DNA of 61,473 nt from an uncultured virus (IMG/VR IMGVR_UViG_3300001687_000017). Taxonomy: Duplodnaviria > Heunggongvirae > Uroviricota > Caudoviricetes. The stretch lies in the IMG/VR virus record IMGVR_UViG_3300001687_000017, one strand, 5' to 3'. Of this stretch, positions 55,277 to 61,473 are shown piece after piece. Position 1 is the first letter of the stretch, and every line of letters begins with the position of its first letter. The position numbers and the translations under genes are program-made. The notes under the pieces were generated by a model. That model saw nothing but the letters and a program-made list of their open reading frames with translations. It was not told where the DNA came from and searched no databases.

Positions 55277-56169
55277 AAAACAAGCCCGAAAAAACCCACG
55301 TTTGTCCGCACTGCGCGGAAAAGTTTGAATACCCAGCTTGGTTGAAAAGGCACATCAAGAGGCATCATGCGACCGCCCAAACGGACCGCTTCCAAATCCT
55401 TGGCGCACTGGCGCAGAAAGGTCCCGAGTCGTCCGTGGAGGACATGCTTGGCCAGGCCCACGCGGCGCTGAACCGGCGGCTGGTAAATCTCGCCGAGGAG
55501 CGGGCAAGCCTTAACAAGCAAGCCGACCAGCTCAACGAGAAAGCCGACAGGGTTGTCCGCCGGATCAGGGAAGTTGAGGAGGAGATACGGCGGCTGGAGG
55601 CGGAGCGCCAAAAGGCTGAGGCGGCTCTCAACGCGATTCCCAGCCTCCCGGACTTGCCGCAGCCTCAGCTTCCGGCTCAAAGCCCGCTTGCCGCTGAGAG
55701 CGAAATGCAGGAGGTCCCAGTAGAAAGGCGACGGCGCAGGCTTAACGAAAAGCTGGGCAAGGTCGTGGTTCAACAGGGCGTAAGAGTCTCCGTGAACGAC
55801 AATCCAAGGTTTTTGCGCTTTCGCCGCATGCTGGAGCTGATGTTTAGAGGCGACCCGGCCTGGAACAGGCAGATGATCAACTCGGCTTACAAGGCGTACG
55901 TCATCACGAGCCTGAAGCTGTATCCGGCAAACGACCCTGTGCGCGTCAAGTGCGGCAAGGGCAGTAAACTCAGCAATACCAAGGTCGACATCGATTGGCT
56001 GGCTTCGCAGCTGGCCAACCGGTGCCCGAAGTACGGCCAGAAGCCTGATGAGGTTGCCAAAGCAATCGCCGATGCCGAGCGCGACGCAGCGGCGTTGAAC
56101 AGGGCATGGCGTGACCGATGCCTCGAACAGCGCGACAAGCTCAGGGGTCACGCCGATGAAGACGCATGA
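55273..56169 (+). CDS. C2H2 zinc-finger and coiled-coil protein
   Basis: CPHCAEKF..LKRHIKRHH then a heptad region; GTGA coupling. Confidence 0.65.
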   Translation: MKNKPEKTHVCPHCAEKFEYPAWLKRHIKRHHATAQTDRFQILGALAQKGPESSVEDMLGQAHAALNRRLVNLAEERASLNKQADQLNEKADRVVRRIREVEEEIRRLEAERQKAEAALNAIPSLPDLPQPQLPAQSPLAAESEMQEVPVERRRRRLNEKLGKVVVQQGVRVSVNDNPRFLRFRRMLELMFRGDPAWNRQMINSAYKAYVITSLKLYPANDPVRVKCGKGSKLSNTKVDIDWLASQLANRCPKYGQKPDEVAKAIADAERDAAALNRAWRDRCLEQRDKLRGHADEDA

Positions 56170-56539
56170 GGAGAAGGTCCGCACCGCCGAGGCCAGCCTG
56201 ATTAGGTTGAGCCGGACCCGCCGTATTGGCTTTGTGATCTTCGGTTTTGGCGTGCCCATGCAGTTTCTTCAGGTGGCGGCGTGGGCGCTCTCCTTGAGCC
56301 TGGGGTTCGACTGGCTGGAGGTCATTCCGCTGGTGATCAACACGGTCATCCTGTTTTGGTGGGCGCTTCTAGCACGCAACAACTACCTGGAGTGGAAAGA
56401 GGTTGAGGCGATCCGTAAGCTTTGGGCGCAGTTGAAGCAGCCCCTGCCGCACGGCTACTTGCTCCATGTTCAGGACCAGATCGAGGCGTTTTGCGAGCGC
56501 GTGGCCAAACGGCCATCTCTGTGGACGGGCCGTTGTTAG
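56156..56539 (+). CDS. Two-TM membrane protein
   Basis: Two hydrophobic helices. Confidence 0.55.
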   Translation: MKTHEEKVRTAEASLIRLSRTRRIGFVIFGFGVPMQFLQVAAWALSLSLGFDWLEVIPLVINTVILFWWALLARNNYLEWKEVEAIRKLWAQLKQPLPHGYLLHVQDQIEAFCERVAKRPSLWTGRC

Positions 56540-56546
56540 TTAAAGC

Positions 56547-56981
56547 ATGGTAGCATCGAAGATCGATTCGACGTTTTGGATCGGCACCAGCCAGGCTCCC
56601 GGCTATTTGGTCGATGGCGGCAAAATCAAGGGTGTCATGAACTGCGCGTTCGACCTGGACATCCAGGTGCCTGACGGCGTGCTCTACGCGAAGGTGCCCT
56701 TGGTCGATGGCCCCGGCAATGCGCTCCACGCGCTCATCGGCGCGGCCCTTTGCCTGCGGCAAATCGTGGAGCTGGGCAAAGTGCCGGTGCTGGTCCATTG
56801 TCACAGCGGGTCTTCTCGTAGCGTGGTGGTTTTAGCAACGTACCTGGCATGGCAAAAGAAATGGACAGTGCAAAAGGCCCTGGCCCTGATTCAGAGCCAG
56901 CGCGAGATTGCCGCCCCGAAGCCGGAGCTGGTGGAGCTGGCCAGCCGCAGTGTCGACCTGCTGAGCGTCCTGCTCTGGTAA
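56547..56981 (+). CDS. Dual-specificity protein phosphatase
   Basis: VPLVDG acid loop; VLVHCHSGSSRS (HCx5R) active site. Confidence 0.88.
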   Translation: MVASKIDSTFWIGTSQAPGYLVDGGKIKGVMNCAFDLDIQVPDGVLYAKVPLVDGPGNALHALIGAALCLRQIVELGKVPVLVHCHSGSSRSVVVLATYLAWQKKWTVQKALALIQSQREIAAPKPELVELASRSVDLLSVLLW

Positions 56982-57291
56982 TCAAGGACCATGCCTGTCG
57001 AGCGCTTGCCGAGCCGCTGACTGTGTGGGTGCCGCTCCGGCTTCCTCAAGGTCCGATCGGAACAGCTCTTTCCGCGCAGTTGATCGGGCTTGCCGAACAA
57101 GGCATACCCATTTCCACTGGCGGGCGCATCGCGCATCCGCTGTTCCAGTGTGACTTCGACTTAGAGCATAGGCGCGTGCTCGTGCCGAAATTACGGATCG
57201 GCGAAATAGTTAACGTTTCTGTGCGGTGGGGCATTGGTCGTGACGGCGAGCCCGAGGTTCTCGGCATGGACCTTTGCCGTTCTTCAAAGTC

Positions 57292-57753
57292 ATGAGAGCC
57301 ACCGTGAGCATCAGCACTGCCGCTGAGGCCATCGACGAAATCAAGAGCTACAAGCGCATTCGTCGTTCCAACGACCCAAGCAAGAAGTTCCGAGACTGGC
57401 ACTTCTCACTTGGGCACGGACTGCCTTCGATGGACATTGATTTTGTCGAGTACCGCCCGAACAGGGAAGGCGAGCTTATCCCGGTGGCGATGTACGAGCT
57501 GACCTGCTCTGAAGTGGTGCCGATACCGCCGCGCTACCTCGACCAGGTTTGGACCCGGCTATTTCACGACAAGCCCCAGGCGCGGGTGATGCGCTACATT
57601 GCCAGGATCATCAATGTGCCCGCGTTGATCGTGCTTCACACCGAGGACTTGACCGACATTTGGGTCTACAACGTGCTGAAGATGGGCCGCTGGTACCACA
57701 CGACCCTGGAAGATTTAGGTGAGTGGATTGACGGCCTGAGAGTACGCGAATGA
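57292..57753 (+). CDS. Hypothetical protein, possible PD-(D/E)XK-like fold
   Basis: MDIDFVEY..VAMYELT..Q..IA..PALIV; GTTCT-N8-ATG. Confidence 0.5.
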   Translation: MRATVSISTAAEAIDEIKSYKRIRRSNDPSKKFRDWHFSLGHGLPSMDIDFVEYRPNREGELIPVAMYELTCSEVVPIPPRYLDQVWTRLFHDKPQARVMRYIARIINVPALIVLHTEDLTDIWVYNVLKMGRWYHTTLEDLGEWIDGLRVRE

Positions 57754-58529
57754 TCGAACATGTGGTCCAGTACAGTGGTGGGGCCTGCTCGTTTTGGGCG
57801 GCCAAACGGGTGATTGACCGTTACGGATCGGACACGGTGGTCCTGCTCTTCGCCGACACGAAGATGGAGGACGAGGACCTCTACCGGTTCCTGGACGAGA
57901 CCAGCCAGTTCCTGCGCGTGCCCATCACCAAAATCGAGGACGGGCGGACCCCGTGGCAGGTGTTCTTCGACGAGCGTTTCCTGGGCAATACCCGCGTCGA
58001 TCCGTGCTCCAAGATTCTCAAGCGGGAGCTGCTTTGGAAGTGGATGACTGAGCACGCCCCGAAGGCCACGGTCCACGTGGGTCTGGATTGGACCGAGGAC
58101 CATCGCCTGGAGCGCCTGCGCACTTATCGGCCTGAATTCAAGATTGAAGCACCGATGATGTGGGACCCGCTGGTGGACAAGCCAGACATGCTCATCGAGC
58201 TGAAGAAGCTTGGGTTCGAGCTGCCTCGGCTCTACAAGCTCGGGTTCGCCCACAATAACTGCGGCGGCTTTTGCATCAAGTCAGGCCAGGCGCAGTTTCG
58301 TTTACTGCTCACCGAAATGCCCGAGCGCTACGCGTTCCACGAGGAACAGGAGCGCAAGCTGCGGGCCTTCCTGGACAAGGACGTGGCCGTGCTGCGGGAC
58401 CGGCGCGGTGGAAAAACCAGGCCGATGACGCTTGAAGAATTTCGTAAACGCCTTCAAGCTGACGGTGATGAGCCCTCTGACTGGTATGCAAGGGACGAAT
58501 TTGGAGGTTGTGGTTGCGCCATAGACTGA
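57750..58529 (+). CDS. PP-loop (PAPS reductase-like) protein with Cys clusters
   Basis: VVQYSGGACS, FADT..EDEDLYRFL, HNNCGGFC, GGCGC. Confidence 0.75.
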   Translation: MIEHVVQYSGGACSFWAAKRVIDRYGSDTVVLLFADTKMEDEDLYRFLDETSQFLRVPITKIEDGRTPWQVFFDERFLGNTRVDPCSKILKRELLWKWMTEHAPKATVHVGLDWTEDHRLERLRTYRPEFKIEAPMMWDPLVDKPDMLIELKKLGFELPRLYKLGFAHNNCGGFCIKSGQAQFRLLLTEMPERYAFHEEQERKLRAFLDKDVAVLRDRRGGKTRPMTLEEFRKRLQADGDEPSDWYARDEFGGCGCAID

Positions 58530-58703
58530 TGAGACTTGCACGAGGCATCCAGTTCACCGTTGGCCAATCTTTGGCGGAGACAGTGGAGCCGAGGTCAGGC
58601 GGATGGTGGGTGTGCATCGTAGAGGATCATGCGTACGACGTGCGCATTCACGAATTCGCCATCGCTGAGGCGCTTGCCAGGGAGGCGTCACGATCAAGAG
58701 ACC

Positions 58704-59093
58704 ATGAAGAAGGAATCAAATCCACCGCCGGTACTGCCGCGCCCTAATCCGCCGCCCGCGCCGCCCGCTTCGGACGGATACCGCAAGCTGGGCAGCCTCT
58801 TCGTCCCGGAATCGGTGACGGAGACGCAACCGATCGTCAACTGGTTCGCGACCGAGATGGAGCGCCAACTGGCCGCCGCCAAGCACAAGGACAGTCCGGC
58901 CCACTGGCGGTCGACCGACGTTTTCAGTCTCAAGAAGCGGCTTTGGGACTGTCGAGCCAACCTTAATGCCGCCACCAACGAAAACCCAACCCAGGTCCTC
59001 CAGGAGGCCGCCGCGATGGCCAACGTGCTGTTGATGATCGCGGACTGGTACGAGAGCCGACTGGTGATCCTGGACATCGACGGAACAGAATAG
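58704..59093 (+). CDS. Hypothetical protein (dATP/dGTP pyrophosphohydrolase-like helical C-terminus)
   Basis: FATEMERQL..HK..W..EAAAMANVLLMIAD. Confidence 0.5.
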   Translation: MKKESNPPPVLPRPNPPPAPPASDGYRKLGSLFVPESVTETQPIVNWFATEMERQLAAAKHKDSPAHWRSTDVFSLKKRLWDCRANLNAATNENPTQVLQEAAAMANVLLMIADWYESRLVILDIDGTE

Positions 59094-59113
59094 CCTAACC
59101 TAGAGGATTACCT

Positions 59114-59746
59114 ATGTGGCACCAATGCTTGGACGATTTGGAAGACCCTTGTTTGGTCATCACAGACGCCGGGAGCTTGCAGTACCTGATGAACCGTTTC
59201 GTTGAACACCTGTGCGCCGATTTGGAAGACCGCGACTTTAAGCCAAAAAAGGCGTGGCTGGCTTTACGCAAGAAAGTCTTTGACGTGCCAGAAGACGAAG
59301 ACCTGCCTTATGACAGTGACGTGAGTCAGGATGACTTGGACAAAATCTTCCAACTTTGGCTCTCGGACTGTTCAGCACAACACGTTGAAGATGAAACTTA
59401 CAGCGTGGCTGCCAAATTAAGATATGGGCTCGCTGCGGGAGCTGTGTGGTTCACCGCTTTAGAATGCTACAAGTTTTGGGAGGGCGTGGCTTGGTCTGAG
59501 AACAGTCCGGCTGAATTCTATGACGTTGACGATGGAGATGATGAACATGCCAGAGAGGTCGCGCTGTGGGGTGCGCTGCTGAATATATGCCAGCCGTCAG
59601 ATGCAGAAGACGGTGAGATGGACGCGGAGGACGCGGGCCTCGAAGAGGAAGCGGCTGAAAGCCTGCAAAATCAACGGAATCTTTTTGAGAAGTTCGGAAT
59701 AGAGATTAAGTGCCGCAAGCTTAGCCGTGGTGACACAGATGAGTAG
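59114..59746 (+). CDS. Highly acidic hypothetical protein
   Basis: D/E-rich, AT-richer codons, GAGGA ribosome-binding site. Confidence 0.65.
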   Translation: MWHQCLDDLEDPCLVITDAGSLQYLMNRFVEHLCADLEDRDFKPKKAWLALRKKVFDVPEDEDLPYDSDVSQDDLDKIFQLWLSDCSAQHVEDETYSVAAKLRYGLAAGAVWFTALECYKFWEGVAWSENSPAEFYDVDDGDDEHAREVALWGALLNICQPSDAEDGEMDAEDAGLEEEAAESLQNQRNLFEKFGIEIKCRKLSRGDTDE

Positions 59747-60035
59747 CCCGCCCGGACCTGATGCCGGTGCGCCCCGCCGTTTTCATCAGGCGGCGGGGAC
59801 GGCCACTTTCAAACCGAGGCGCAGGAGCATGATTCGGGTCCTGCGCGAGAAATGGCCGCAGCTGACCTGGACGGCGCACCGGGTCGGTTTCGGATCGTGG
59901 CTCTACGAAGCCTCCAACGGCTGGATGGGCTGGTGGACCGCGTCGATGGATGAGGACGCCGATCCGTTGTGGCACCGCTTCTACGTTTACAAGTCCTCGA
60001 CCAACGAACCGCCCGAGCAAGTTTTCCTATCGTGA
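59739..60035 (+). CDS. Trp-rich hypothetical protein
   Basis: ORF in the packed plus-strand run. Confidence 0.5.
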   Translation: MSSPPGPDAGAPRRFHQAAGTATFKPRRRSMIRVLREKWPQLTWTAHRVGFGSWLYEASNGWMGWWTASMDEDADPLWHRFYVYKSSTNEPPEQVFLS

Positions 60036-60047
60036 TATAGTTTGGTC

Positions 60048-60278
60048 ATGAACTACGCGAGCGCCTACGAGCTGGTGATGGCCGGGTTTGTCCGGCACCA
60101 CCGGAGGAAACCAACACAAATGGAGGCCAGGATGCTGATGAAGTGCCTCAAGTCGCGCCAGTTTCACCAGCACCTGGAGCAGGTCACCGCAGCCCATCCT
60201 GGCGCTGAATACGTCGTGACTTTCGACGGTGAATTCCTTTCCATCACGCCCACGGACGAGCAGGCTTTCTCCGCATGA
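60048..60278 (+). CDS. Hypothetical protein
   Basis: ATGA coupling to the next gene. Confidence 0.5.
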   Translation: MNYASAYELVMAGFVRHHRRKPTQMEARMLMKCLKSRQFHQHLEQVTAAHPGAEYVVTFDGEFLSITPTDEQAFSA

Positions 60279-60493
60279 GCCAGGTATTCTGGAAATCCTC
60301 GATGGGTGAGTGGCACTGTTACGGATCGGACGGTTGGAGCCTGTGCGGCTTCTTTCAGCTCAAAGCGCAGCGCAAAGGGCCGCAGAAGGAGCCAAAGTTC
60401 CAGGAAGCCTTTGACCGCATTGAAGCCTGCCAGCGCTGCTGGAACGAATACCAGCGAATAAAGGCTTCCACCAATGGCGGATCACGTTCTTGA
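60275..60493 (+). CDS. Small Cys/His protein
   Basis: WHC..SLCG..CQRC. Confidence 0.5.
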   Translation: MSQVFWKSSMGEWHCYGSDGWSLCGFFQLKAQRKGPQKEPKFQEAFDRIEACQRCWNEYQRIKASTNGGSRS

Positions 60494-60698
60494 TCGCATG
60501 AACGATCGAGAACGCCTGGAGTTTTTGAAGGCGCTGGACAAGGCGGATTTTGAGGTTTCCGATTGGGAAGCCCAGTTTATCGAGAGCCAGCTGCGGCGCG
60601 AGCAGGAGTACGGCGATTTTGAAGAGATTTCGTTTACGCCGAAGCAGCGCCAGTGTATTGATGACCTGGTTTCCAAGTACGACCAGCGACTGAAATAA
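60474..60698 (+). CDS. Hypothetical protein
   Basis: SDWEAQFIES..FTPKQ module. Confidence 0.6.
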   Translation: MADHVLDRMNDRERLEFLKALDKADFEVSDWEAQFIESQLRREQEYGDFEEISFTPKQRQCIDDLVSKYDQRLK

Positions 60699-60702
60699 GC
60701 TT

Positions 60703-61125
60703 ATGAGCACCTGGTTTGAAGTCTATCACGAAAAGCTGCCGCTGAAGGTCACCGTGCCCACCGAAGAGGATGCGAGGAAGCTTGCGGAATCCTTCGATGG
60801 GCTGGCAGCCAACGGTGTGTGGAGGTACCGACGCGTCGGCGTAAACGATTGCCCGAGGCCGCCACAGGCACCAGAGCCAACGCACCCAACCGTCGAGGAG
60901 CTGCTTCAGCTCATGCTCCAGCACGGCCAGGACGTGGCGGTATTGTTTGTATGGAACAGCAAGACAGGCCCCACCGTTTTGACAGCAGGGCACCAGGAGC
61001 AGGACTCACTCGCGGCCATCGAGGCTGGCCAGAAGCTTCGTGTGGCCTTGGGCTTGGGCGACGATATGACGGAAATCGAAAACCGAACCGACGAACACGG
61101 ACCATGTGGGACGCCGTCAAACTGA
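60703..61125 (+). CDS. Hypothetical protein
   Basis: 140-aa ORF. Confidence 0.55.
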   Translation: MSTWFEVYHEKLPLKVTVPTEEDARKLAESFDGLAANGVWRYRRVGVNDCPRPPQAPEPTHPTVEELLQLMLQHGQDVAVLFVWNSKTGPTVLTAGHQEQDSLAAIEAGQKLRVALGLGDDMTEIENRTDEHGPCGTPSN

Positions 61126-61316
61126 CTGGCTTTTGGATAGTCGCGGCGATCCTGGCCGTTCCAGCGATCGTTGGTGCGGTTGTTGCCGTCGTTCTGGCCG
61201 TGGTTGCGCTGGGAATTGCGGCCATCGGCATCATTCCGGTGCTCATCTGGCTTATCCTGGCTGATGCCCGCTACTGGAAAAATCTCGCTACCCGAGGGGT
61301 TGAGCACCGCAATTAA
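61104..61316 (+). CDS. Small hydrophobic membrane protein
   Basis: MWDAVKL followed by a long uncharged stretch. Confidence 0.45.
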   Translation: MWDAVKLTGFWIVAAILAVPAIVGAVVAVVLAVVALGIAAIGIIPVLIWLILADARYWKNLATRGVEHRN

Positions 61317-61473
61317 GCGGCGGGCACTAGAGGTCTTGACCACAGCCTGTCACTGGTGCGGTGCTCCGGGTGCCACGCGTCAGCCCTGCCGGACGGCCTA
61401 CGCGGATGACCGGCTCAATGAGGTCCATGCGCTATGCCCTGAGTGCGCGGAGGAATACCACGCCTACTGGGAC

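Noticed and set aside
56849..57295. 148-aa ORF between the phosphatase and 57292
   Set aside because: The 5' part overlaps the phosphatase; a shorter gene may exist but I could not support a start or function
1..61473. Stop-codon reassignment
   Set aside because: Core genes are full length in the standard code, and TAG, TAA and TGA all end genes

Overview
This window is a 61 kb, GC-rich segment of a large tailed dsDNA phage with T4-like (myovirus-type) core genes. I saw no host housekeeping genes, rRNA, tRNA or CRISPR array. Recognisable products: gp20-like portal, gp25-like baseplate wedge, a 1762-aa baseplate protein with an embedded metallophosphoesterase, other virion/fibre proteins, DNA primase, SF2 (UvsW-like) helicase, SbcD/gp47-like nuclease, HU-like protein, tandem-domain GroES, GT9 glycosyltransferase, TylF-type methyltransferase, TopoVI-A/JetD-like TOPRIM protein, an HTH replication-initiator-like protein, a dual-specificity phosphatase, a PP-loop protein, and two anti-defence candidates (Tad1-like sponge, Acb1-like 2H phosphoesterase). 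Two dense blocks of small hypothetical genes lie at about 21-27 kb and 46-61 kb. The most striking signals are in the DNA itself. (1) A 10-mer, CGATCCGT(T/A)A, occurs 19 times by my manual count, and five copies form opposed tandem arrays bracketing one uncharacterised gene (50008-50823). (2) The hexamer GTTTAC/GTAAAC is strongly over-represented. (3) Two short motifs, GTAGTTA and GTTCT, sit at near-fixed distances before start codons; together with sigma70-type promoters they suggest a three-tier transcription programme on nearly leaderless mRNAs. Protein style hints weakly at a Verrucomicrobiota host. All family calls come from motif recognition and all counts are by eye; no searches were run.
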